This document shows positions 12,717 through 25,232 of a stretch of DNA of 64,000 bases, in pieces; the stretch's first letter is position 1; every line of letters begins with the position of its first letter. A program made the translations under genes and the position numbers. The DNA lies in the NCBI GenBank assembly GCA_951406725.2, contig OX597816.1:127348001-127412000 (forward strand), given 5' to 3'. The stretch is from Octopus vulgaris (Eukaryota). The notes under the pieces were generated by a model that was given only the letters and a program-made list of their open reading frames with translations, ran no database searches and was not told where the DNA came from.

Positions 12717-13165
12717 TTTGGTTGTGTGATAAGAAGCTTGCTTTCCAACCACATGGTTTGGAGTTCAGTCCCACTGTGTGGCACTTTGGACAAGTGTCTT
12801 CTACTGTAACCTCTGGTTGACCAAAGCCATGTGAGTGGGTTTGGTAAATGGAAACTGAAACTCATATATGTATATATACATATATATGCATATCCATATC
12901 TGTCTATGTGTGTGTGTCTTTGTGTCTGTGTTTGTCTCTCCAGCACTACTTGGCAACTGGTGCTGGTGTGTTTATATCCTCATAACTTAACAGTTCAGCA
13001 AAAGAGACCAATAGAATAAGTACCAGCCCTTAACAAAGAATAAGTACCAGCCCTTAACAAAGAATAAGTACTTAAATCGATGCATTCAACTAAAAATTCA
13101 AGACAGTGCCCCAGCATGGCCACAGTCAAATAACTGAAACAAGTGAAAAATAAAGGATAAAAGAT
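12717..13165 (+). mobile_element. SINE family B, full length, with an internal 24-bp tandem duplication
   Basis: Family B head and tail; AGAATAAGTACCAGCCCTTAACAA repeated twice near 13012-13070. Confidence 0.9.
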
Positions 13166-13596
13166 ATCTTTATATATACATTCTTTTTATTCTCACCCTC
13201 CTCCCTCTTATCATTATGTTAAAGCAATTAGTGATAACACTTGAACTTCTTTACTCTATTGACATTTATGCCAAACAATGATGTTTGTTTTTATTTCTTT
13301 CATCCCAACATGAAATTTCAAAACTTAATTATTAGCAAAGTTTATATCTGAAAATTAAATTTACATTTGTGATGATGTTAACAATATCTGAAGCCTCCTT
13401 TCACCATGAATGCATTTATAACAGAGATGCACATGATATAAAATGTATTGGTACATATCTGAAATTTTAAAGACTGATAGAATTAAAGTTTCAGCATTAT
13501 GTAATTTATGTAAGTATGTAAATACAGTAGGTGTACTGTTGTATTTACTTATATGACATTGACACAATATTTGAATTTTGCAAACATACATACACA

Positions 13597-13597
<1 letters not shown>

Positions 13598-13653
<56 letters not shown>
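13598..13653. repeat. (ATT)n microsatellite
   Basis: Read directly. Confidence 0.95.
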
Positions 13654-13716
13654 CAATATTATTAATGAATGAGTAAGTGCAAAAATGGAATATTTTAATA
13701 GGTTTTAAAATATATT

Positions 13717-13835
13717 TGTGGCACCTTGGGCAAGTGTCTTCTACTATAGCCTCAAGCTGACCAAAGCCTTGTGAGTGGATTTGGTAGACGGAAACTGAAA
13801 GAAGCCCATCGTATATATATGTGTGTGTGTGTGTA
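13717..13835 (+). mobile_element. SINE family B/C head fragment
   Basis: GTGGCACCTTGGGCAAGTGTCTTCTACTATAGCC...GGAAACTGAAAGAAGCCC. Confidence 0.85.
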
Positions 13836-14240
13836 TACACCAAGAGATGCAAAGGCAAATATAATTATAATTCATGTGTAAAGCCATGCGTTTCTATAAG
13901 TACATTCTTATTTCTGGAGGTATAAGTTAACAGTTACATTTATATGTATATAATCATGAAATATCTCCTCACCCAATAAATGTAATGAAATAGTTTAATT
14001 AAATGTGTACACATAAAAATAACTATATTTCTTCCTTCATATATACATGTGTGCATGTGTGTGCATATGTGCATTTAAGAAATAAAAGGTCTACATGAAC
14101 AAGCATCCCTATAATCTAAGTGTAATGCTATTCTAACAATGTTGTTTGAATTATCAGTACTTAGCCGATGCATTGAACTACATTGATTTGCAAGTCACCA
14201 AACTGCAGTCCTACTATCAAAGACATTTATATGCTGAGCA

Positions 14241-14420
14241 CAGGCGCAGCTGTGTGGTAAGACATTTCACTCCCTAGCCCATGACTTTGGGTTCAACCCC
14301 GGTGCATGGCACCTTAGACATGTGTCTCCTACTATAGCCTCAGGGCAGCCAAGACCTTGTGAGTAGATTTGACAGATGGAAACTGAAAGAATCCCACTGT
14401 ATGTATTGTGTGTGTATGTG
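14241..14420 (+). mobile_element. SINE family B/C head
   Basis: GCTGTGTGGTAAG..GGGTTCAACCCC..GGCACCTTAGACA..GGAAACTGAAAGAA. Confidence 0.8.
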
Positions 14421-16599
14421 TCTAAGACTTTGTGACTGAATTTGTCCCACCACTGCATAACACGAGAGTAATATCCTATTGTGAAGTTAATTTCTGATGT
14501 CACTCTAAAAACGTGTAAACCCTTATATTAGATGTAAAAGTTGCTAAGAAATGGAGGTATGCCAAAAAAATCATTGAATCAGGCTGGTTTTCTGAAAAAT
14601 ATTTTATGAAATAAGATTCCGTGGAAAATTCACTTAGCTTTCAAAGGCACTTTTCTAACGTGAGAATTCTTGTAGAATGTTACAAGTAATTTGAATAGGA
14701 ATTACCAACTTTGTAAACAAATGTCATCCTGTGAGAAAATTTAATATTTCCTTGCTACCATTGAACAAAAAGGTCTAAATAGAATTTAATTCTTTTAGCA
14801 ATGGAATTTGACATGAAACTTTTATAACCTTTATAAAAGAGACTTTTTTGTAATGTCTGGTTCCACAAGTATACATAACTTTTAATAATTTTGCTACAAA
14901 TCTATTGATTACTATTGAATTTAATAATTATTCAAACGAAGTTGGCTGTGAGACTCATCTTTAATGAATAGTGAAAGAATGTACTTTTACATCACTGAAC
15001 ATATCATTTACTTTAATGGAAATATTAATTTAAACTTCTTCCATTAAAGCAATTAATAAGTTTAGAGTACATTTAGAATCTTCAACTATACTTGAAAGAT
15101 ACAAAATATCTTTGTGAAATGCATAAATGCTACAAAGTACTATTTTGTCTTCATTATATATCTAAATACTATTTGAATAAGTAGGAAACTATCATTAAAC
15201 TGGAAGAATATTAATGAATATTAGAAGAATATCAATTAATAAAATTTTGATCTAAAAATTTAATTAATTAAAAGATAAAAAATTGATTACTGATTATTTT
15301 TCTTGAAATATTTTGAATTTTAATAAATCTAAAATAATTATCATTTAGAACATTTTCATTATCGAGGATTTCAATACATAATGATTCATGAATATAAGGA
15401 ACTGCAATGTATTTAAAAAAATTTGTTAGGATTAATTTAACCTGTTCAAATTATGTATAGGTAGCTGTTCGCCTAATTAAAAATATAATGAAATACATAA
15501 ATTTTATAAACTAATAACAGGGGAATCGATTAAGAGTCTATAATAATAATCTATCTTAATGGACTTTCAAGTATAGCTAAAGGATATATTTGTACACGTC
15601 TGAATACTTTATTTGTTTTAATTAAAAAAGTTTAAACAACTTGAGTCTCTCTAAAATGAATTGAATTTTCATCATATTAAAAGAAACAAAAATATTAGTT
15701 ATCCTATTGATATCAACTGAAATTATTCTACTTTTCAATCATAGATTCTAAAAATTATTGGCTTGTTTAAATCTGTAAACTTAAAGAAATACAAGGTTAA
15801 TTTTCCAGAAATATAACTTAAATACAATGTCTCCTATCATTCGAATTCCTTCTTTGAAATTAATAAGGTTTTCACAAAAGTAAATTGTAATGTTTACTAT
15901 GCTGGTGTTTAACACCAGTCATTCCAAATTGAACAACGCTATAATCAGAGGTATATCAGTAGTTACTTTGCATACTTTTAGGGGTATCTAGAACTATATC
16001 ATTAGCAATAACAAATGTAATGAAATTTTCATAGTTATAAGTTTTTATGTTGCTGTTGTTCAGCTTCAGGTAATTCTTGATCAAGCAGTCTTATGATTAA
16101 AGGCATAGCCATGCTTTCTGTTTGTATTGCTAAGATTACTTTGTCCATTGTGTTCTTCCTAGCTGGGAGATTTGCTGCTATTTCTAATGGTTTGATTAAC
16201 TGCATAGAAGTTCCCTTAATCGTTCACATTTTACTTTGCATTTCTATTTAACTTTTTAAATAAATGACATAGAATTATTAGGATTCGAGGTTTTCATCAG
16301 AAAAAGGACTAGTCATTTTTGAGAATCCAAATGCTTGAGCTCCAAGTCAAGTGTTTTCACTCAGAATTGTGGACACTAAATGTTAAAAAATTATTCAAAT
16401 TTAAATGTTAAAAATTACTGCTAAAGCAAAAACTATTCTGAAGCAATTATATTATGGATTTTTAACAAGCTCAGGGGACAATGACATTATGAAAAATACA
16501 TTTCTGCAATAAATGTTTAGCTAATAAAGTCAATATATATTTGCTTTGATTTTTTTTTCCTCCATTTAATATGAAAATATTCATATTAATTTAACTGTG

Positions 16600-16646
<47 letters not shown>

Positions 16647-17947
16647 TCTTTTAAACATTGTATCTTGCATTTTTATCTTCAAAACTAACCTTTGTTCTCT
16701 CAGCTACTCGACTGATTGAAACATTTAACTCACCATCTGCTAAAATTCTTATGCTTTAATTTCGGTGTTCATTCATATAAATATTTCAATATATGGCACC
16801 AAGTTGATAAAGTATCTCTTCCCGTTAATAAAATACCTTCCCTAAGAGAAAAAACTGTATTTGAAATAGATTTCTTAACAAATTACCCTTGTTTTTATTT
16901 TATACATTTCTGAATTGCTAATTTAAAAGTCTAATGAAGTCAATCTTTATTACAAAATGTAATTTTTAAAAAGTGGCTGTTAAAAATTAGATTTTTTCAA
17001 AACCAATCTTGTTTCACACTTTGAAATATTAATGGTTTTATTTGATTAAGTAATTAACTACTAGACATTATATGATGCATCGACCTCACCAGTTTCAGAG
17101 GACCACCTAAGATTATGGACATTACTCCTTCTCCACAAACTAAATTAAAAATTGGGAAATTAGATAATTAAGTAAAACAACAAAGCATTACATTACTCTC
17201 AAAAGAGAATAAAATATCTCTTTTAAAGATATATTTCTCTTCTTGATTAAACAATGCTTTTCATATATGCTATATGAAAGATATCAATTGAAATTATAGG
17301 TTGTTTTTTTCATCTAGTGCTGAGGAATTGGTAGACAACTAAACTAATTGTATGATACAGAGATTATTGCCTCATATTTTGGTCTTTAAAATATCAAACT
17401 GAGTTCTCTTGGGTATTTTCCTCAACTTTGATTCAATCAACTAATTCACCACTTCCCAAATTTTTTTGTTTTTCAAAACCATTTTAAATAAGGATTAATT
17501 TCTGAATTATCTTGTTCCTATCTATATATAATTTTATATAACATTTTCCTTGAAATCTTTTAATCTTCATGAAAATCATTATTATATATATTATCTCCAA
17601 TACATTTTAATTTTAATTTCACCAAACATTTATCATTTTTGGTGTTATGTAGATCTTTCTATTATAATGTTGATTATCAAAACAAATGGTCAACTTAATT
17701 TTTTTTCTCATTTATATACAACTTACTTTTCTTACATATTTTGGATGTTTATCTACAACTAAGATAACCCTACAAATTAACTTTTGACTATTTGTTCAGA
17801 TCTTTAAAATTTAACGTTACCAAAAATTATCTTTTGTTTCCATTTTTTTTTCCACCATACAACACACAAATCTATTATGCTATTTGTAAATATGATTACA
17901 ACTCATCGAAGATTTTCTTAAGAATGAAATATAAAAAAAGTCTTTAA

Positions 17948-18171
17948 CCCGCTAGTATTCAAATTACTTTGTTAAATGCAATTAATGCTTATTTATTCAC
18001 ATTATTTTGAATTAATTATGCATTATCTTGTTACCTTGAGGTGCCGATGATGTGATTGTTTATATTTAGAATGACATTGTTTGGTAGGTGTGAGAGACTG
18101 GTTCTGGCCAGTTTGAACATAAAATAAATAGAATGTTTGGGCCAGATATAGCCAGTTTAAATGCTAAAGAA
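17948..18171. mobile_element. Probable piggyBac-type MITE, degenerate
   Basis: Left end TTAA|CCCGCTAGTATT and right end AATGCTAAAGA resemble CCCTTTAGCATT/AATGCTAAAGGG termini; the right TTAA is not intact. Confidence 0.5.
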
Positions 18172-18497
18172 CTACAGAAAGCAGTTGGAAAATTATTCAA
18201 TGTATCATAATTCTAATCTCTACTCTGTAGATAGAATCCTATAATAAATTTTTAAGCATCACGAGAATTCTGTCACATTTTCTACAAGCAGTTATAGATG
18301 TGTACATATTTTTCAACTCTAATCATCTGACATAATTATATATATACATATAGTTAATAGTATTCTGTCTTATGCTAAAGATATAAGAAAAATTGGGAAT
18401 TCCAGACATTAGCACTAAAAAGAGTTGCCAGAATAGCCTTATATGCTGACTAAGCCATTTCAGCAAATTTTACCATATGGAACCTGTGTGGGACAGT

Positions 18498-18727
18498 TAT
18501 ATATATTACTAAGGTGACTAAGGGTACTAGTTAGTACTAGAATTGCTAGAAATAAGAGTCAAATCAACTCATAGTCATGATAAAGCACTTAATTTATGAC
18601 TAACTAGGGAGGCAAGCTCCCTACAGCATAGGGCATAGCAAGGTCACTAGTGATTTCACATTTGACTCTTATTTCTAGCAATGTTGGTGCTAACTATTAC
18701 GCTTAGTCACCTTAATGACATCTATAG
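18498..18727. repeat. Foldback inverted repeat (~65-bp arms)
   Basis: TAAGGTGACTAAG..TAGTTAG..TTGCTAGAAATAAGAGTCAAAT is matched by its reverse complement at 18660-18727. Confidence 0.85.
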
Positions 18728-18755
18728 TTCTACCTTTTGCACATATCCACATTTA

Positions 18756-18816
<61 letters not shown>

Positions 18817-18859
18817 AATAGACAGATAGGCTGACCCCTATATGACAGACACAGGTGTG

Positions 18860-19390
18860 AGCTCCAGGCTGAGCAAAGCTGTGCAAGTGAATTTAGTAGA
18901 CAGTAGCTGAAAGAAGCCTGTCACACATGTGTATGTATACGTGTGTGTGTGTGTTTTCTTGTCATGTCATCATGTGGTATTTGTAAGCATTTCCAGTCTT
19001 CCATAAAATCATGTCCAGCCAGGTGGAAATATTCTTTTCTACTCTAGACACAAGGCCCAAAATTTTGGGGAAGGGGGCCAGTCGATTAGATTGACCCCAG
19101 TATGCAACTGGTACTTAATTTGTTGACTCCAAAAGGATGAAAGGCAGAGTTGACCTCAGCAGAATTCGAACTCAGAACGTAAAACTAGACAAAATATTGC
19201 TAAGCATTTTGCTCGGCATGCTAATGTTTCTGTCAGCTCACTGCCTTAGCCAGGTGGAAATATTACCTTACTTGGAAACATGTAAGGATTGGTGAGAGGA
19301 AGAGCTTGCAAGCATAGCAAATCTACCTCATCAAGTTCCATCCAACCCATATGAGCATAGAAAAGTCAGTGTTAAAACAATGATGATGAG
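18860..19390 (+). mobile_element. SINE family C (family B-type head region plus RTE-like tail), interrupted by a family A SINE
   Basis: Head fragment (CAAAGC..TG..AGTGAATTT.GTAGAC...CTGAAAGAAGCC) and tail CCAACCCATATGAGCATAGAAAAGT..TGTTAAAACAATGATGATG. Confidence 0.7.
19034..19247 (-). mobile_element. SINE family A nested in SINE C
   Basis: Exact 17-bp TSD AGCCAGGTGGAAATATT at 19017-19033 and 19248-19264. Confidence 0.92.
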
Positions 19391-20418
19391 GAGGAAGTAT
19401 ATGTATGTGTGTATGTACATATGTATGGATGTATGTATGTATGTATGTATGTGTGCATCTGTGTATGTATGTATCTTTTTTAGGTAATGATCCAGAAAAG
19501 ACTACTTTAATACAAACACTGTGTGCAGTAGTTTATTGAAGCCATTCTAGTAGCCTTTTACTACATAATATTTTCTCTGTATGAACAATAAAGGCAAAGA
19601 GTCTTAAGGCATTTGAGAGAAATAATCTGAGTTCAGTTGTTTGATTGTGTAATATGGATTTAAAATTCAGGCTTAAAAAATTAAGTTTTAAAAGAGATGA
19701 CCTAGAACTGATAAACATGGAAGCAAGCTGCTGTGTTGATTCATCTATGTCAGATAGTTCTGTATAGACAGACAATGAAAATGATAATAATGAAATAAAG
19801 GCAATGATGATAATGATAGAGATGATGATGGTAGTGGTTGGTGGTGGCAAGGATAACGATGTGTTAAGTATTTTTTTAATGCATTTAAGAAGTTTTCAAA
19901 ATTTTCTTTGAAACAATTTCAACATAAAAATGAAAGTTGCTTCAGTACAGAAAACTATTGAAAAAAAGTTGCACCGTCTTATTTTTAGATAACTGCATTT
20001 AGTAGGACACACATTTCCACAGGAAACTAGCATTCCTATAAATAGGTATAATCCTTAAGTAAATGTCAAATACGATAAAGTGAGATCTTAATATACGCTG
20101 ATATTTTCTTTTGAACCAAAGAAGGAATCCAGAAATGTAAATATATTTAAACTTAATCTTTTGTCAAACATTTTATTCATTTTATTTTCATATATTTTTA
20201 TGATAGATGTTTGTTTATGAACCTAGGGTTGTTTTGCTGGTTAAGAGTATAAATTCTTCTATATATTCTGACATCAGAACAACTCCAGGCATAATACTGT
20301 TGACAGTATTATGAAAAGACAGACATTGGATCAATGAATAGTCGCATATAAATGAAGTTATTCTGAGACTGTTTATTCAAATACAAAAACAAAACAAAAA
20401 GTGTCCTTGTTCTTCTAG

Positions 20419-20448
20419 TCCTCACAGATTATGAATACAGATTAACAA
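20419..20448 (+). CDS. Candidate 30-nt symmetric microexon (xLTDYEYRLT)
   Basis: Acceptor TCCTTGTTCTTCTAG, donor CAA|GTGAGT, length divisible by 3, only one frame open, lies in non-repetitive sequence. No transcript evidence. Confidence 0.3.
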
Positions 20449-20956
20449 GTGAGTCTATTTTTAATTTAATCATAATACTGAATTCTTAATTCAAAATTTA
20501 ATTTTATTATTTACCCTTTGTATGCTTTCACTTTCTTTCCGTCATTTTTCCCATCTCTGTCACTACACATATGCATGCACTAACATACACATATCACACA
20601 CACACCACACACACATGCACACACAAAAGCTCATGCATACATGTCCAGTATGCATCTGGGAAGACTATAGTTCAAATGAAGACTCTACACAATTATCAAG
20701 AGTGTATTCATTACTTTTATTGTGAAAGATCCTACAAAGTACTTGTCTCTTTTGTGGATGCAGATATCAGATATATGTGTGTGTGTGTGTGTGATAAATA
20801 TATATAAATACATACGCACACTCACACACACACACACACACACACAAATCCAGGGTGAGCATTGGCAATGTTTCTATGGCTGGAGGCACTTCCTAATGCT
20901 AACCACTTTGTTGTGTACATTTGGTGGGTGCTTTTCATGTTTTACGTCCATGTAAC

Positions 20957-21090
20957 TTAGCCATTTGGCAAAACACACTAACAGAATAAGCACCATACTT
21001 ACAAAGAATAATTCCTGTGATCGATTTCTTTGACTAAAGGTGGTGTTCCAGCATATCTGGAGTTACATGACCAAAACAAGTAAAACAATA
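20957..21090 (+). mobile_element. SINE family B 3' half
   Basis: TAACTTAGC...AGAATAAG...AAAGGTGGTGTTCCAGCAT...AAACAAGTAAAA. Confidence 0.7.
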
Positions 21091-21146
21091 TAAAACTGTG
21101 CCATTTTAATCCTGAGCAACGCCGGGTCTCTCTGCTAATATACAAT

Positions 21147-21367
21147 AAAAGGCATATATAAGGCACTTTGTACATTTATTTATTTATGCATTGTAGACTT
21201 ACTTTCTGGTATGCATTTTGAGTGTTTATTCAGGTATGCTTCTATTTATTCAGTCAGTTGATTGAGTAACCAGAATCATGAATGCACCAAAAATGCATAT
21301 CAGAAACAGCTATAAGCCTACAATGTACAAATAAATTAATGTATAAATCCCATTATATATGCTTTTT
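21147..21367. repeat. Foldback inverted repeat (~100-bp diverged arms)
   Basis: AAAAGGCATATATAA..TACATT.ATTTATTT..CATTGTAG.CTTA..TTTCTG.TATGCATTTT is mirrored at 21285-21367. Confidence 0.8.
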
Positions 21368-21384
21368 CTTGCATGTAGATATAC

Positions 21385-21597
21385 ATGTGTTTGTTCCTTA
21401 CCACCGATTGGCAATCAGTGTTGGTATCTTTACATCTCTTTAACTTAGTGGTTCAGCAAAAGAAATAACAGATTAAGTACCAAGCTTTAAAAAAAAATGT
21501 ACTGGGGTTGATTCCTTTGACTAAAATTCTTCTAGGCAGTACTCCATCATGGCCATAAGTCTAATTACTAAAACAGGTAAAAGATAAAAGGTAAAAT
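21385..21597 (+). mobile_element. SINE family B 3' half
   Basis: GTGTTGGT..TTTAC..TAACTTAGTGGTTCAGCAAAAGA...CTCCA.CATGGCCA...GTAAAAGATAAAAG. Confidence 0.75.
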
Positions 21598-21660
21598 ATC
21601 CTTATAAAAAGTGCAATCTTTGTTAGGGCATATATTACTTTTTAATTTACATGTCAAAAT

Positions 21661-21872
21661 AAGGTAGTGAGCTGGCAGAATGGTTAGTACATTAGGCAAA
21701 ATGCTTAGTGGTATTTTGTCATTTACGTTCTGAGTTCAAATTCCACTGAGGTCGACTTTGCCTCTCATCCTTTCATGGTCAATAAAATACGTACCAGTTG
21801 AACACTGGGGTTGGCGTAATTGACTTAGCCCCATTCCTCTAACCTGCTGGCCTTATGCCAAAATTTGAAAAC
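21661..21872 (+). mobile_element. SINE family A
   Basis: Full head and central domain; 17-bp TSD AATTTAC(A/T)TGTCAAAAT at 21644-21660 and 21873-21889. Confidence 0.9.
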
Positions 21873-22109
21873 AATTTACTTGTCAAAATTGTGTTTCACT
21901 GACTCTGTTTTTAGGAAATAAATGACCAGTTAAGCAATGAATATAATATTACATTTGTGCAAAATTTTGAAGTTCTTGATTTGTGAATTCTTTGAAGTTC
22001 TTATCTTCAAAGGGTAAATCCCTCAGAAATCCTATTGAGAAATTCAGATTAGTTATTTTAGGATACATATACATACATACATATATACATACACACACAC
22101 ACATATATG

Positions 22110-22158
<49 letters not shown>

Positions 22159-23798
22159 GCAAGTAAAGTTATTAAAATATTAAAAAAAACCTTATAAGTA
22201 TTGTCTAAACTTCTAAACATTATTATCATTGTTAGATTATCATTACTCACTGACCTCACCCCAGCAACAGATTTCTCTTTTCTTTTGGCTTCATTCTAAT
22301 GTTCAGCTACAACATTCATATCTCTGGTATTCGTTGGATGTTTGCAACTATTTTAAGATAAAATATTTTACTATGCAAACAAAATGGTGTATAAAACTTT
22401 GTGAAAAATTTTTTTGTTAAATCACTAAAATGAATTTTATTTGAACTATATCAAGAAAGATAAATAACATTTTGTTTATATTTTTGGTGTGTGCTTTGTT
22501 ATATACTTGCCCTTATTGTATGTTACTGTAAAAGTGTGATTTTATCAGCATAAAAGATTGATGTTATCAGCTTAACTTTGAAAAGTAATCAGGTTTAAGA
22601 TAAGAGAATATTTAGATGATATAGTGCTGTTGGTTTCTTCATATATCTTGTGTCACATGTATCGTGGAATATGAATATGGTATCAGAGATAATGTCAGCT
22701 TGAAAGAGTAAGACCCAAAACTAAAGGCAAGAGTATAAATTCTTTTAACCTATATAATTCAGTATATCTTCTCTGAAAAATATCTATAAAAAAACTATAT
22801 ATCTACAACTCAATATTAAAACTATACAACACATGATATAATCATTTGAAAAATAAAGTCTGTCAGTACTAACCTACATCATTCAATGGAGAATATCATA
22901 AAAGTAACATGCTCCTGTAATAGTGTATAAACATAAATTTTAATATATGGTTAAATATTTAACTAATCTCATGTTTTATCAAAAATAATGCATCTGACAA
23001 AATATATTTTGTTTCATCTGAGGGCACATCAAGGACTAAATTTATATATAAAGGAGAGCTAGTTATATATAGATGAGTAAACAGAAGGACAGATGTACAA
23101 CAGGACTGAAAGATAGCTAAATTGATAGAGGCAAAGTAATATCAGCACCTTTTTTCTGTTTCCTTCATTATCACCAGCATCATCAACATCATCATCAAAA
23201 GCACAGTTCCTGCTACCATGTAACTTTCATCTGTTTTTCACCCCCTCTCTTGCCACTTTCACAGTGTAGATATCTCTCTTCCCTTCTATGCATTTGTTTC
23301 TCTGACTAAACATCAGTATATAATAAGGAGCTCTCACAAACAAATTTGCTCTCTGACATATCTCTCAAGTGAAACTAAATGTATTTTGCCTGACACAGTG
23401 ATTTTGATGAAACGTATTGACACTCATACTTTGCTCAATGAGTTTTTCATACTATTCGATCTAATCATGCTCCAGTGGACTGGTGGGTAAAACTCATGAC
23501 TAACCGATCATATATTTATCTATTCAACAAGATCTTTTGAGTATTCAGACAACAACACAAGAATTTGAAATTATACTCAATTGTTTTATCAGCTGTTTTG
23601 AGAACAGGTTATATTCAAGGGCCCCAGAAACAGGGGTGCAGGTGGTGTGCTTGCACTCCACTAAAATTTTGCAGGGTCTGCAGAATTAAAATTTGTACCC
23701 CTACATACTTTGTCTGGTTCAAAAGATAGTATCTAAAAATTAATCTGTAAGAAGTAGCTTGAAGTTAGGTTTCTTCTCCAAACAAGAACAAAAGACAA

Positions 23799-24699
23799 GG
23801 ATCTTTGTGGCTTTTATCACTGTTTACAATTATCTTTAAAATGATTTTTTAATGTATCATATAGATGTAATTTTTTAGGCTAAATCCAAACTTGCTATTC
23901 CTTTATTCCAGAAAAATTTTGCAAAAATGTTACAAGTATTCAAAGTTTGATACTTTTTAGAATTTTCAGCCAATCAAAAAACAGCACACTCACTGCCTCT
24001 TCCATCAGCGGTGGGGAGTGAGGAGGCATCAGCATGTCAAAACATTGCTAGAAATAAATCAAAATATTAAAATATACATGAATGAAGTTAATATTAAAAC
24101 ATTCGCAAGCAAATTAAATACTTAAAAGCTATGAACAAATAAACCAACAGGAGTTGCTAGAAATAACAATCAAAATAGTGTTTAAAATAGACATTTATTA
24201 GTTTTAAAAATTCAAGAATGAAAGTTTGCAATACTCTTTAGGATTATATAAAACAATCTAGCTGGCTCCGTGCCATCAAAAATGATGGCTAATTGTAGTA
24301 TTTTATATATAAATATGGATGGTAAACCATATTGATACACTTGATAATGTTCACATACATTCACACACTTCACTTGTACATGCATACACACACATACATA
24401 TACTCAAACAGTAGAAGATTATCTTTCGCATATCTCCTTCTCCATTTTGTGCACACGCATAGCTTCTTTGGTTACTATGAAAACAGCATTTTTCGCCACG
24501 GTGATGTGTAAAATACTTGTTTCTGATTGATTAAAATACCCAAATTTTGCAAATTTTAAAGGCTAATAACTTTTTAATTATGGATTTATAAGAAAATTGA
24601 ATTTCATTTTCATAGCTAGTATACAAAACTTAATCCATATACCAAATTTGAAAACAACTGGAACGAAATTGTAAACAGTAACAAAAACCACAAAGATCC
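23799..24699. mobile_element. Non-autonomous TIR element with GG termini and 8-bp TSD (Merlin- or MULE-like)
   Basis: TIR GGATCTTTGTGG(C/T)TTTT(A/G)T(C/T)ACTGTTTACAATT at both ends, with weaker inverted similarity for about 190 bp; TSD AAAGACAA / AAGGACAA. Confidence 0.8.
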
Positions 24700-25029
24700 A
24701 AGGACAAAAATAAATAAATAAAAACAGTCCAAAATGTTAGCTGATGAAGCTGGTCATAAACTTCCCAAAGGAATTCTAGAAACATATACTACTGAACTAG
24801 AGCATCATCAACATTAAAACTAAAAGACTATGTATCTATATTTGGCTATCTCTGACAAATGTATATTATATGACTGGTTTGTTGCTTAACACTCCATTAT
24901 ATAATTTCACATGAAATCAATGGTAAGACCAGCTGTGATGGATAATTAACACTATAAAATTCAGACAATACACACACACACATACACGTATATTATATAA
25001 ACTTTGATGTGTGATACACACACACACAC

Positions 25030-25232
25030 ATCTCGTGAATACTACCTGCAATTTTTTTTCCTCTGTCCTCCCGTCTCGAGATCTTTCTTTCTCCTATGTT
25101 TCCGACGAAGAGCTCCGCTCGAAACGTCAAACCCTCCTTCTTCCCTTCTTTCCAGAGCGTCCAATAATACTTAATTTGTTCCACATCCTTGCGTTGTTGT
25201 CTTTTTGTTTTCTTGTTTGGATTAACTTTATA
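25030..25232 (+). mobile_element. Penelope-like terminal (pLTR) fragment with a minimal hammerhead motif, inside a (CA)/(TA) microsatellite
   Basis: GTTT-CCGACGA-A-GAGC-TCC-GCTC-GAAA-CGTC-AAAC at 25098-25132; related to 37810, 52547 and 55190 segments. Confidence 0.7.

Noticed and set aside
19470-19490. Additional recursive-splice-like sites (TTTTTTAG|GTAATG here; similar at about 7435, 21232 and 61832)
   Set aside because: Weak donors or short pyrimidine tracts, some inside repeats; expected by chance in AT-rich DNA.
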